A stretch of DNA of 57,486 nt, the filler included, from Sphacelaria rigidula (taxonomy: Eukaryota): the NCBI GenBank assembly GCA_964200075.2. It is 6 parts of 6 records of this genome, joined end to end, with 100 filler letters (N's around TTAATTAATTAA, not from the genome) between each part and the next. Parts side by side here need not be neighbours in the genome. Positions count along the whole stretch, not along the records: positions 1 to 9,499 come from CAXNAA020008351.1; positions 9,600 to 19,098 come from CAXNAA020008352.1; 4 more parts are not named here. One strand, given 5' to 3'. The position numbers and the translations under genes were made by a program. This document shows, one piece after another, positions 1 to 12,331 of this stretch. Each line of letters opens with the position of its first letter. The first letter of the stretch is position 1. Under the pieces are notes generated by a model, which saw only the letters and a program-made list of their open reading frames with translations, had not been told where the DNA came from and searched no databases.

Positions 1-267
1 TGGAATGACTTGCTCTACTAGTTAAGGCGGTTCCAGGACATCTTCGCGTTTTCCGGTAGCCACAGTTTTCATTTTGGCTAGACAAGAGTTTTTGTTCAAG
101 AATCGTAAAAAACAGTCAAGTCCAGAGAAAAGTGGCATCTTTTTCTGGACTTGACTGCTTTTTACCGTTCCTGATCAAAAATTCTTCTTTGACCAAAATG
201 AGAACTGTGGCCACCGGAAAACGCTAAGATGATGGAACCGCCTCAACTAGTAGAGGAAGTCATTCCA
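1..267. repeat. Long imperfect palindrome/foldback (~130-bp arms)
   Basis: TGGAATGACTT at 1 pairs with AAGTCATTCCA ending at 267. The arms stay complementary (roughly 85% by eye) in to CAGTCAAGTCCAGA / TCTGGACTTGACTG around a small loop near 134. Confidence 0.9.
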
Positions 268-519
268 GGGTATCAAATTCCGCCTAGCTCTCTTTTGGGG
301 CGTGAAACGACGTGAAAGCTCCCAAAAAACACTTTTCCAGGTTTTTGTTCTTGTCTATTATAAGAAGCGGCCTAATGAGACTGCTTTGTCGTATTCGCCT
401 TTTTTTTTTCGATTTCTGCTCTCCGCCCCCCCTCTTCCCCGAACATTGTTGGCTGGCACAATGCTTGGTTCATTGGTATGAACACTTTTTGCACTTTGTT
501 TTTTTCTTCGTGTTTTCAG

Positions 520-648
520 GGAAAAGTAAGGCTTGCACTCGAAGCGTTGCGCGGGGGCAAAGGGGGCCGGACAGCGTGCTGGGCGTTTGCGACGTTTGAT
601 GGCCATGCTGGCACCGCGTGCTCGCAATATCTTCGAGACAACTTTATG
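520..648 (+). CDS. PP2C/PPM protein phosphatase, first visible exon (gene 5'-truncated)
   Basis: TTTTCAG acceptor and GTGAGT donor at 649. Encodes GKVRL...FATFDGHAGTACSQYLRDNFM (PP2C DGH motif). 43 codons, phase 0/0. Confidence 0.9.
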
Positions 649-1497
649 GTGAGTATTCGTTGTCTGAAGGGAGGACAAGGTCCCATCAAAAGGGCTTAAA
701 TGCTGTACCGTACTTAGCCCTTGGGCTGTGTAAAGTAGCAGCCTGGTGCCCTGATTAGGCCTGAGCGATACTGATGAGATAAATGCAGGCCACAATCTGT
801 GGCGCTTGTGCTGCGTCAGGCTATAACTTTTGTGCGCGGCCATCTAGGCCGAAGAAGTATCCTGAGCAGTCTTACAAGTGAAGTCAGATCGCCGGAATGT
901 TATGGTTGGGTAATCTGGTCAGATCACCAGGATTGAGATCGCCTGAAATCGTCATCCTGAGATTTTCGGGCAAATACGAGCTCGAGATGAACTGGCACTG
1001 CCTCCGAGGTGACGTTAATGTGGGGCATGGTTGGTAAAGGGGCTTTTGTTTGGTTCTGTATTGACGGTTACAGAATTGACTCCTGTGGTGGTGTCGCGGT
1101 ATCATTTGGGTATGCAGCTCATTGTACAGCGAGAAGTCAACTCAGCTCATGCGAGCCACAGGGTAGGGACCATGAACATAAACGTGGCCTCCCCCAAGAC
1201 AGTATCGCGTTTGTTCCGTGACGAGGAAAAGCTTGAGACGGAACAATTTTTTTGTCGTTGTGTCAGCACCATGCGACGCTGTTTATTACTTTATTACGCC
1301 TGCAATCTTTTCTGAGCATAACTCATTCTGAAATCAAAAGTTGACTCAGCGAGGGAACCATGACAGCCTGACGACGAAGGGGGCGGTTGATGTTGTCTTG
1401 AATCAGAAGCCACTTTCCATTCTTGTTCTAGAAGACGCTCCCACGTGAATATCTTGAGCTTCGTATGACATTCGCGTGATTACCCCTTTGCGGAGTT

Positions 1498-2283
1498 TTG
1501 TTTTTCACCATTTCACCTGGTTCTAGAATTGTACACACTGCAAGTAGCAGTTGTCACAAATGGATCGCGGTTATTCCTGCGCTGCCAAAGTGTGGTATAC
1601 ATGGTGCAGTCAGTACTACAGTACTCGTTGTACTGCCGGCTAGAAGCACACACGGCACACATTTCCGTGCTGATGTGGACCCGTCTTTGCCTAGGAAATG
1701 TATCCGTCTAATGTCTGCACATTTCACACCTTGGAGCATGACCGCAATCAACGCCGCGGTCATCAATCATGACTCTTGCAGAATGCCTCCGAATGCTCCA
1801 TGGTATTTGAAAGGGAACATCATTGCCTGTACCCTAAAGTGGCTCAAAACGGCGACGTATGCTGATCCTTTTTCGTCTGTTCAACAGTACAGTACTTGTA
1901 CTTGCCCCAGACATAACCTTGTGGTGGTCACAGGTGTGCATATCTGCTCGTCGTCGACAGTAAACGTACACGTTATTTCTTCCCCCCACCGCATGGATAA
2001 GTTTGTTGGCCGCCCGCTGTTGTGCCGTGAATTGAAGGGAGAACCACATGGTACTGTACTTGCACGTGTCATGTTTCCAAAATATGCCCGGCATGATGTA
2101 TTTCCTATTGTTGTATGCATGTCGAATATCGTCTCCCAAATTCCAAATTCCCATAGGAGGATGATGACCAAAAGGCCTGATGTGATGCACGATACTGTGA
2201 TACGTCAATATGTCGATGCGGGCCTCGTTACCCGCATGGACACAAACACTTTTTGTGGGGGGGCTATCTCGGCATCAGTGTAA
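1498..2283 (+). other. Orphan 261-codon open frame inside a PP2C intron (function unknown)
   Basis: Long stop-free frame in non-repetitive sequence. No motif recognised. ORF-track start is TTG. Confidence 0.35.
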
Positions 2284-2348
2284 CACCCGATAATTCTCGT
2301 CACCCACCACTCCACGCCCCCGACACACATACATGCACAAAAAACAAG

Positions 2349-2654
2349 GCCCACTTGAAACGGTGCGCACGGGAGATTGCATACGAGAGCTCTGCAGAGG
2401 CAGCTGCGGGAGCGCGTAGACGAGCTGCCGCGGATGACGAATCACATGACTCGCTTGGCCCGGCAGGGGGGCTGAGTCCCATCAGCGACGGGGAGGGTCG
2501 AACTAGTGGAGAGGAGGATGACGATGAAGAGGAGGCTCGGGGTGAGGGTGGGGAAGGGTTAGTGCCGACGGAGGTTGTGCTGGCGAAGCTTTTGACAGAC
2601 ACGTTGTCGTCGTTAACGACAAGCTTCGAGACCGAAGCTACCGAGGAGGGAGAG
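2349..2654 (+). CDS. PP2C exon with acidic low-complexity insertion
   Basis: AACAAG acceptor and GTCAGT donor. AHLKRC...EEDDDEEE...LLTDTLSSLTTSFETEATEEGE, 102 codons, phase 0/0. Joins the DGH exon to the SG exon in frame. Confidence 0.75.
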
Positions 2655-3429
2655 GTCAGTCGAGTCACATCGTTTTTGTTGTTGCAGCAACGGGTTGCTT
2701 GATGAATACGATGTATCGTTCTGGCCTAGTCCAAGCCCCCCCGAAACAACCCCAAACCCATTCCAATCCAGCAACCCCAACTCAAAACCCACCACCCGTG
2801 TTATTTTTCTTTTTCATTGTGGTGGATCGCTGAGGAGGATTGCTTTCTATATTCTCACCGCGACCGCCACTCAGATCGCCCGAATCGGTCATGGTCACTT
2901 TTGAATGGAAATTAGGGCGGGCAACCCCCCGACAGTTTTTTTCTTGCCGAGATACGTGTCTGTGCGGTTCGTCTGGCCGAGTGAACAGTACAGGCTGTCA
3001 TCCGCAGGCAAATGGTTCATGCTGGCTACCCCTAATGCTGCTATGTGCGCAAACATACTCGTGCGGAAGTGAGTGGTCTACGCTAACTCCTCCTTCAGTT
3101 GCGATGTTCGCGATCAACGTTCCTATTTGCCTTATTCTTCATGTCACGGGCTAAATAAAAAGAACAGTAAGAAGTCCAGTGCTCTTGCTCTCCGTTGCAT
3201 GTATTATGCATGTCTGCGCAAATATTATAGATATGCAGTACATGCCTGGTTGTTGTAGTATATGCTTCTTGTCTAGTCTTCGCGTGTAGTGTTGTCCTCG
3301 AAAGTTTCTCCTCCGGCGATGTATACAGTACTATCTCTCATAGCGGCGCCCGTGATTGCCTTCCGACGTTTCGTGTTTTTCGCGTGCGGTACAACTTTTA
3401 CGTCGTATTTCTAATTTTCTACTTCGCAG

Positions 3430-3561
3430 ATATCCGGCGCGTGCGTGATCTCGGGGTTATACTGCGACGGAGCTCTTGTGCTGGCCAACATTGGCGACTG
3501 TCAGGCCGTGTACCACGGTCATGTGAAGAGCACGCTAGGCACGCCTATTACAGCGCAAACG
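3430..3561 (+). CDS. PP2C exon (SG and NxGD motifs); not in ORF track
   Basis: CTTCGCAG acceptor and GTAATT donor. ISGACVISGLYCDGALVLANIGDCQAVYHG...TAQT, 44 codons, phase 0/0. Confidence 0.9.
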
Positions 3562-3694
3562 GTAATTGTTTGAAACGTTTTCGTTGCTCGAACTTCAAGA
3601 TATCGTGCGTTGGAAGTATTTAATGCCCGACGGCAGTATGTGAAGCCTTGGGTTTTGTCTTGGGTTGTTGTGCACAACTGTGTGTCTGTCACAC

Positions 3695-4056
3695 CATGTG
3701 TGTATGTTGTCGTCCCATCTATTCTGGACGCCGGTCTACACCTTTCGGTGTATGTGGGCGCACCAGCCGGGATCACACGGGAGACAGGTCAACCCAGGAA
3801 TCTCTTAGTTTTGGTCTCAGTTACTTAGTTTCTCCACCTCCTTTTGGCGGTGCTTGCCTTTATTTTTTATCGCGAGAGGAGTTTAGCGATCCCTGTCCCT
3901 CGCCGACCTTTGAGTCGAAGTTTGTGTACCCACGACATCGTCGCTCTCCACTGTTGGGCACTGTGCGAGAAAAATTCCTAGACTGCTACGAGAGTTGAAC
4001 CCACGACCCAACCGTGAGAAGGTTACGAGGTTACCGACGTAGCCACCGGGGCGACC
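3695..4056 (-). mobile_element. tRNA-derived SINE, near full-length copy in a PP2C intron
   Basis: Reverse complement begins GGTCGCCCCGGTGGCTACGTCGGTAACCTC...GGTTCAACTC (A/B boxes). The body aligns with the copy at 16748-17105. Confidence 0.75.
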
Positions 4057-4767
4057 CATGGACAAAACATAGGGTCAATATACATGCAACATTGCCACAC
4101 CCTGGACAAGAGATTCTGTTGTTGAAAAATGTACTGCGTACAGTTTGGAATCTATTGTCTGTTGCAATAGGCGCCACAAGTCGATACTGTAGGAGTACAC
4201 TTTTTGACTGGTGTATTCTTTTGTCATCATCCAGGGTGTGAAAATCGGAATATTGTCGGCCGCCAATAGTCGCATTAGGCCTATACTTTGCCTCAGTCGA
4301 CGTATTGCGTGAGTACTGTCCCAGTTCTCGGTGATGGAACGCAATGCAGGCATCGGGGGGCAGGGAAGTTGATCCCTCGGCACCACGGACTCCAGACGAA
4401 GGGAGTTAGTGATCAGCAGATCACGTAGTAAAAGGGGGAAAAAAAGCACGGTGACGGAAAGGGACCACAGTCACCGGTCCTTGCACGAGAGGGCAGGCAT
4501 GTAGGACATGCATGTAGGACACACCATGAGTACAGGAGCACCGTTGCGTTGTTCTTGACAACAAAGTATTACGCTGTCAAAATTTGTACTTCGTACACAT
4601 GATACGTATCGACTATTGCTTTTATTCATTAGACAATATATTCCATTTTGTACGCAATATATTCTTGACAGTGCATTCTATTGTCATTTTCCTTTTTTTC
4701 ATCGTTTTATTGTATTTTATTTTATTTGCTCTTGACTTCCCTCTTCTTTTCCTTCTTTGTTTTTGTT

Positions 4768-4995
4768 TTTAGGGTCGGCCATTTTTTTCTGGGCTTTGCT
4801 TGTGTTGTTTTTTTTTTGTCACGATTTGGTATGCTATGTCGTTCTGTTCGACTTCTTTTTTTCCTGCTCCTTCTTGTCTTCAGAGCGTGTTTCGGTTTAG
4901 TTTTTCTTGTGTACGTCTTTCATGAGACCACGGCTGGACCCCTGGGGGGGTCAGTTGAAGTGCGACAATCAATCAATCAATCACTCAATCAATCA
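4768..4995 (+). mobile_element. Non-LTR retroelement 3' end with (TCAA)n tail
   Basis: T-rich tract, then CATGAGACCACGGCTGGACCCCTGGGGGGGTCAGTTGAAGTGCGAC and (AATC)n. Homologous copies at 19412-19644 and 34142-34358. Confidence 0.7.
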
Positions 4996-5177
4996 GTGTC
5001 TTTTTTCAGGATGTGGAAAAATCGAAGTTCAGGTGACCCCTCCTGATGAATCTCCCCACAGTACTCAAATTATCATACCCCCCTCCTTCCCTCCCTCCCT
5101 CCCTCTCTCTTTGCCAATCTCTCTTCCCCTCTGTTGTACCATCAATCGCCCTGTGTACCGTTTATCCGCGTTTTCAG

Positions 5178-5666
5178 ACAATACATGACGCCTCGAACCA
5201 GGCAGAGGTGAGCAGGGCCCTCGCCGCAGGCGGCTTCGTGAGCTCAACTGGGCGCTTCCAGGGCATCCTCGAGCCAAGCCGGACGGTCGGCGACGTTGAC
5301 GTGAAAGCCGAGGCGCCGAAGGGCGTGATTGCCTCCTTTCCCGAGCTCTTCAAGGTGGATATCGCGAGCGACGTATACCAGGGAGAGGAGCCCCCGGCGA
5401 TACCTCCTTTCCTCGTGTTGGCCACGGACGGCATCTGGGACGAGACCTCCGCCAATACCGTGATCGAGGAAGTCAAGGATGGCATCGAGAGGATCCAAGC
5501 CCACAAGCGCAGATTCATGGTGACTGAGAAGAAAGTGCACCGGCGTATGAGGTCCATGTCGCACCGACGTGTGACGTCGACAGGTTCTACGACGTTCACG
5601 GACGGAGAGAGTGATACCGAAGATGAGAGCGAGTTTTGCGGCAGCGGGGAATGGGCGTCTCACGGG
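5178..5666 (+). CDS. PP2C exon (SRxxGD and DGxWD motifs)
   Basis: TTTTCAG acceptor and GTGAGT donor at 5667. TIHDASNQAEVSR...LEPSRTVGD...FLVLATDGIWD, 163 codons. Confidence 0.92.
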
Positions 5667-6131
5667 GTGAGTTGGTGTTTACGTTGTATCTCAGTGCGTA
5701 TCGAATTCATTGGGTCTCACGCTCGAGCGGAGTGGGTGTTTTCTTAAACTTGGAGCGCGATGCGTGTATTATAGGTGTTTTCTCGTTCGGTGGGTATTTT
5801 CTCTCGCTGGTTTCTTGTGGTCATTTTGCCGTGTTTTGGTGCACTCAAATGCTGTTCACTACAGTGCGGTCGCTGAGTATGATCGGTAGTACGCTAGTGT
5901 CCGTGCCGTGGGTTGTAGGTAGCCCGATTTGAGACGAGGGGATGATTCGTCGTTTCAACAACGTGTGTCAACGGTACAGTACAGTGCACCAACGAGGCTG
6001 GTACTTCTGAGGGCTGGGAGGCCTGTATTCATCACGCCGATCACTTCCTCTCTCTTCAGCTGCGTTTATTCGTTTCTAATCAACCTCTCTGTTGCCGCTT
6101 TGCGTATGTTTGTGCTCTCCCCAAACAACAG

Positions 6132-6212
6132 ATGGACCTAGCCGAGCGAGTCGTCTCTCTCGCAAGGGGGCGGTACGACGATGCCACAGCGCTGGTCGTT
6201 GTCTTCGAGTAG
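6132..6212 (+). CDS. PP2C terminal exon; not in ORF track
   Basis: CCCCAAACAACAG acceptor. MDLAERVVSLARGRYDDATALVVVFE* contains the final metal-binding D(D/N)xT motif. Stop TAG at 6210-6212. Confidence 0.88.
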   Translation: MDLAERVVSLARGRYDDATALVVVFE

Positions 6213-7440
6213 GCAGGGGGGTGCGTCCGCAAGGGCTCTCACCTGTGGATTGAAGAACAGCAAACAGGACGTGTGTGTGTATATATTTTTCTCCTTTTTT
6301 CACTTTTGCTTTTTACTCGGTTCTACATTTCACACGCGTACATCTATGTGGAGGGGTAGAAGAGGTTAGAAGAATAGAACCTCTTGCAGAGTTGTTCGCT
6401 GTGAAATATCACAATTGCGCGCGCCTTTTTCTTGCTTTTTTGGCGTAAGCTTGATAATTTTCTACGCCATTTTTCATTTGAGAAGAAGTTGAGCCGTGGG
6501 CACATTTTCGGTAGATTCAAACACGGTTGGTTACGGTGCTGTAGGGTATAAAAATATATGCACGGTTTGGGATTTCAGGTGCTCAGTAGTACCCAGTATT
6601 TTTCTCCCCTTCATACCTCGCACGCACCTCGACGTGCTCGGTGACTGCCCACACCCTGGAGACCCGGATGGGGTACTCTGGGTTGCGATGCCGGCTATCC
6701 CACCAGCGACCTTCGGTTGCTCTGGACGGCTCCGGTTTGCACGCACACAGCTCAAGACGACGGGAGACGTTGACTTTTGATTTTTTCTCAGGTTCACAAA
6801 ATAATCGAATCTTTTGCTGCAACAACTTCTGATCGTGCTGTTCCTTTCTCACGATTTGTTTTTGTTATGCCGATGGCGCACATATAGTAAAAGGGACACG
6901 AAACACGACACGAGACTCGCTGTTGCTATTCTCTCTGCGGCGCCGAAAGTAGATATAAAAAAAATCGCATTAGTTACGTGCATATTATATTATAGACTTT
7001 TTTTTTTCATCTTGTTTATTCTTTCATCACCGGTACGGTATGTCTTTGTTTTTCTGTTTCAAGGTTGCAGGAGGGTGGCTGTTGCGGTGTGGGTTCTCTG
7101 GATATTTGTAGTGGGTATTGGAGAGTTGTTCGTGCGTGACGCACATGGTGTAATGTGTGCGGTAGGCATGAGGGTAATTACAGTAAGTATGATAATTAAT
7201 CCACTGTGCCCTCAAATTGCAGCGAGCAAGGCCAAAGAGCACGGAGGAGGGTGTGTGTATGTGTGTGTGTATGAGAAGAAGGGAGGATATGACCAAGGGC
7301 TTGATTTGAGTCGTGTGTTGCGTGTCTGTGACATGTTAAACTGCTCTGTGTTGAGCTATTTTGTACTGCCCCGTAAAAGGGATACACTTTGTGTAGTGTG
7401 CGAAGAAGCCTTGAGTGAAAACAGGAGAGAAGAAAGAAGG

Positions 7441-7649
7441 CATCGTTAAGCGAGATTTGGTTTTTGACGGCGGGGGCGGGGGCGGCGGCCGCGGCCGCGG
7501 CGGGGGGGGGGGGGGGGGGGTTTTTTTTTTTTTTGGGGTGGTGGTTTTTCCTTCCTTTTTTTTGCCATTTTTTTTAACTTTGCTTATGAAGGGGNNNNNN
7601 NNNNAAAGGAGAGGGAAGGAAGGGGGGGGGGTGGTTGTGGGTGGTGTGT

Positions 7650-7681
<32 letters not shown>

Positions 7682-7783
7682 CGGGGGGGGGGGGGGGGGG
7701 GGGGGGGGGTGTATTCTTTATTCTGTCGGTGCTGTATCTTCCTTCAGTATTTTTGCCATTATTCTTAACTTCACTTATGAAGG
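7441..7783. other. Poly-G tract duplicated across an internal 10-N gap (assembly artefact)
   Basis: Sequence either side of the Ns at 7595-7604 is a degraded copy of the same G-run plus its flank. Confidence 0.75.
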
Positions 7784-9499
7784 TGTGTTGTGGTGTTCGG
7801 TGTAAATTTCTACCACACACCTTTTCGTGGCCGGTAGTTTTGCTACCAAATGCCGCAGACTTTGTTCTTTAGAAAAATACCTTACAATTTTCTGTGCGTG
7901 TTGTCCGTGAGGTTTTTTTAACATCGACCCAGATTTTGTTGTGGATAATGAGGGGCGGAAAATGTTGTATTTGTTTTAGCATGCAGTGTTGCATTCATGC
8001 GCTCGAGAGCTCGACTCCGTGAGACGTCAGATATATGTCTCGGTTGCCCCACTTTTTTTTTGTTGCGTTGGCGCACGGGCTTTCACCTTTTTCTGACTTT
8101 GTCATGCATAGGTACACGCCGTTGGAGTCTTCCAAGCGCATTGATTGAGCAGGCAAATATGTCGTGATGGTATCTTTTTCTCCCTCTTCTTGTCATCCTC
8201 ACACGAGAGCTGACTGTCGCTTCTATTCCTTGTGTGTGCTGTTGGTGAGATTTCGCGACGGTAAACCTTTCATTGTTGACGTTTTTTTTAGGGTAACTAA
8301 CGGGTCCCGCTGTCGTGTATTCTCTAGACGACAGTGACGTTTTGTTCGACCAGCGGACGGCCATCCGTCACATATACTGTACGTACAGGCATGCTGCCGA
8401 CAAACATGTTGTGAATGAAGCAGTTCGGCCCTCCGCGAGGGCTCCGCAGTGGTAGGTTTGCCCGCTCGGTGTTGATGCTGCTGCGCCCATTAGTTTCGCG
8501 GATGGATGGATGGATTGTAGGCAGGTGGGGGGACGTCAAAACAATGGTGTGTGTGGGGTCTCCTTTGCTCTTGAGGGTTTTTGTCACAGCGTCACGCTCC
8601 ACATCGGCCCGTTCAACGCATACGCGGCGCAGGACGTGCGTGTTGTGTGATAATCGCTCGGTCCCACGTGTAAAACTGATGTTCATCGCGGTGGATTTCG
8701 ACAATTAGGAGCTTATCTCCCGCTTTGCCGTGTGCCGCTGCCTAGTGGGGTCTAGTGGGCGGAGAGGAGGGCAACCAGCAGCGACCGGGGCGGGATTATT
8801 ACCCCAGCACATGTACGGCTTGTATATGTCGTGATACGTAACGGTACCGCGAGGGGGCACAGAAAAATTCTTGTCGTCGCTAAATACAGTGTCGTCAGAT
8901 ACAGGAAGGAAAACTTTCGCCACCCCACTTGAGTAAAAATGAGGGCGCGCTTACCGTGTTCCGGACGGATAAGAGCAGGAGGGGGGCGGGGGGGCGGGGG
9001 GGAAGATCCGCTCTTCGCCTGTTTCCCCCCCTGTTTTCACCGTGTTTCGTTAAATACGCCACTGAGTTTCTGTTCACTTGAACATTTCAAACGTTTTTTT
9101 ATCCTGTCTCGTCGTGGAGAGACGAGCAGTACATATATATATATATATATTTAGTATGTACTGTGATCGATACCTACTTTTCGTTAGTGTATTGGTTGTG
9201 TAAACTTACATAGCATAATACCCAGTGGCAGTATGGTTCTCGGGGATATGTGCAAAGCACGTCTCTCGTCGAGAAAGTCTAGCGCCTTGAATCGACTAGA
9301 AGTAATCTCTGCAGTATTAATATTCAGTAGTTGATTTATCCGTCATGTTGTTGGTGATAATTTGATGATATCTCGAGTATTGCGGATACCCACGACATGA
9401 AAGGGGGAATTCCACGGATCTCCGGCAAGCTATAGTAGTCAGCATCAGAAGTTTTCAGAATTCATAGTTGTCGTTTTTTCTGAGTTTTTCTGGAGTACC

Positions 9500-9599
9500 N
9501 NNNNNNNNNNNNNNNNNNNNNNNNNNNNNNNNNNNNNNNNNNNTTAATTAATTAANNNNNNNNNNNNNNNNNNNNNNNNNNNNNNNNNNNNNNNNNNNN
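9500..9599. other. Artificial scaffold linker N44-TTAATTAATTAA-N44
   Basis: Identical 100-bp spacer with stops in all six frames. Confidence 0.98.
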
Positions 9600-11312
9600 G
9601 GGGGGGGCGGGGGGCGAGGGCGGGGGGGGGGGGGGGGGGGGGGCGGGGGGGGCGGGGGGGGGATATATTGTATCCTTCAATTGGATGCCTCGTTTTCTTC
9701 AAAGAACCGAACCGAAAGATGCAAAGCAGAACCTCGAACCACAGCAAGATATAGGGCCAGTCAGCACCGCTGTCTCCCGGCTTGGAAATGTTGCGCGAAA
9801 CACAAGACACTTGGACAGCATGCAATCAACACCACAACACATCAGACAAGGCGAACTTGCAAGGGCAGTGATCATTGTGGCTCGGATCAACCAAGGTTTG
9901 GCAGCCTGAAATGGGATAACAGCCATAAGCCAAAAGTCGCCGCACAGTTGCATCTCCATGGAACCGGGGCAGAACAACATGGGTTGGCGGGCGTGATCAC
10001 TGCGTTGTGTTTTATCGTGTTCTGGTGCAGACGTAGTTTCCGGGGAAATGGGGTTCGGGGATATGCGTGAGGTAAATCTATCACCGCAGTTTAGTACGCT
10101 TCCACTCAAAAGGCTAAACGCTTCTCTGTCGAGTACTGCATGCCGTAGAGCTGACGCTGCCAGAACCGACGGAATTAGCAAACCAGCTTGACGAATGGTA
10201 CTGGAAAAAAGCGATTGTGTGAAGCGCGAAACCCCTGCATGGTGTATCGGAAGAAGTCGCGGCGTGTGGTACGCATGTTGAAGGAGGTGTGTTCTTCACA
10301 AAATCCGAAAATGTACTGCGGGCCTCAGGAATCTGTCGCCAATTTCGTAGCTGTCCTGACCAGGCATAAGGAACTGAAGAAACTTAAGAGTGACGTGCAT
10401 GTAAGAGTCTGGGTGCGGAGAGGCACTTTGGTGAGGGTACCCAGGACCACGTTACGTGCCTATAGCTTATAAATTACATCCGTGCAACAGTCGGAGATGA
10501 ATGTGTCGATTGGATTAAGTCGCCCTCCATCGCGTGTGGTACTGCTTCAGTGTGAGAAGCTCCTAACATTCAAAGAGTTCATATCACTCCAGTGGGCATA
10601 TGGCCGACCCGCACTGTTCCTGTTTATGTTTCCGTTCCTAACTTCTATTCATGGGCTATTGGATTGGTGTGGTTTTGGTGAGTCTCGGAGAAACATTCCC
10701 TGTCGAGTAGACTGTGTACTTGGGCGTCATCGATATCTTCTCTTTTTCAGCAGTAAGTCCCGTAGACCGATCGGTGGCGTTTCGCCAAGGCTGTTGGACG
10801 ACCCATACACGTTTGTAGGTGACAGAGAGGCGGCCATGACAAGTTTTGGGACTCAATTTTCAACACGGGAGCTCGACATGCTTGAATACACTGGATACCA
10901 CTGTATTCTCCAGGACAAATAAGTCTTGGCACCAAGAGCGAGGCATCGATGCCTGTGTTCAAAGCATACTGCAACGTAAACCCCGCGTTGAACTTTCGGT
11001 TCGTTCACTTACTACGCAAGGATTGCTGTACTTGACTTGGCGATTCTCGAGAAAATTTGGTCATAATGTCAAGGCGTGACAACGAGCACTCGTGACCTTT
11101 CGGGCGAATGTTCCCGCTCGGTCCCGACGTGCTGCAACGATGTATTGACGGGCGCTAGATTCGAAATACGCTGTTTTCGTCTCTTCGCGGGCATGCATTT
11201 GGTCCAAGTGACGACCGACTACGTGTCTTCATGCGCAGAATAGGGGAACGCGGTTGTCCATTGTTCATTTATTCCTTTGTTGAACTCCACCGTTTGCCAT
11301 CTCAACATGCAG

Positions 11313-11548
11313 GTTTACCTGAACAAGCGCGTGCCCCCAGAGGCGGGGCTTGGAGGGGGGAGCGCTAATGCCGCAACGGCGCTGTTCGCGGCGAACGAGC
11401 TCGCGGCGCGACCGGCATCTTTGACGGATCTTCAGTTGTGGTCAGGAGAGTTGGGCTCTGACATAACTTTTTTCCTTTCGACAGGAACATGTTATTGCAC
11501 AGGGCGAGGAGAGATCCTTCACCCGCAGCAACCCATGCCACAAGCCAG
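11313..11548 (+). CDS. ispE: 4-diphosphocytidyl-2-C-methyl-D-erythritol kinase (IspE, GHMP kinase), internal exon
   Basis: TGCAG acceptor and GTGAGT donor at 11549. KRVPPEAGLGGGSANAATAL...LGSDITFFL...CTGRGE are diagnostic IspE motifs. Ends in phase 2. Confidence 0.93.
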
Positions 11549-12331
11549 GTGAGTATTGGTTGCCTATTTTGTTTTGCGAAAGCAGGGCAGATGACGACAG
11601 CTTGCGAAAGACACCTCTGAAATACACTCCAAATACAGATTCGAGTGTTTACCGCTCTCGCAAGATCTCAGCAGACGGAATTGATATTTTCCCTCGTTTT
11701 TTTTCAAGTATCAGGCTCAGTGCCTGTGCCATACGTACACACCCCAATCCCGTCCCGCTCAACCACCTTTAGCTGTTTTCTCGTGCCCATGCTGACAAAA
11801 AGTAGTGTATTGATTTCGGGGTATGATGGGTCTTCACGCTGTATTAATACAATCTCAGGAGAAATTCGCAACACTGCTTGTTTCTGGGAAGGCCCGAAAG
11901 TCGAGTGGTCACATGCCACTTTAGGAATCTACAATGCCCCTTACCCCTTGGTAGCCTGGATGTGAAAGACTTCTAATCCTGTCGGTTGCTCGGCTTGATA
12001 AGGGCTGCCTCATCCAAATGTTGAGCTGCGAAAAAACGCGGCGAGACAAAAAAAACGCTGTGATATATCCACGTCATCACTGCCCCTGGATGGCTCCATC
12101 ACATTCCTTGTAATTCTTCCCGCGCGACTGGAAGGCCGAAAATGGAAACCCTTAGCCTTTTCACCTAGGAAATGCGGCGCAAACAAACATATGTCAATAT
12201 GAAGAAAATCCGCATTTTGCCACATGACTGTAGTGCGCCCCGTTGGAGACATGCTCTTATCATTTCAAGGCATGCCCCGTCATGTACAGACACTCCTACT
12301 AGACGCCTGACACCTTGAGAGGTGGCCACAG

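Noticed and set aside
771..800. CTGATGA hammerhead core (also near 5043, 12925, 55911)
   Set aside because: No properly placed GAAA or flanking stems.
2300..2668. Ser-rich minus-strand ORF (also 5174-5599 and 5244-5663)
   Set aside because: Antisense shadows of PP2C exons.
7415..7872. Gly-rich and Pro-rich ORFs (also 9544-9825)
   Set aside because: Translations of poly-G tracts at gaps, in low-quality sequence.
9544..9555. TTAATTAATTAA as a biological periodic motif or target site
   Set aside because: It is embedded in Ns and identical at every junction, so it is a synthetic six-frame stop linker.
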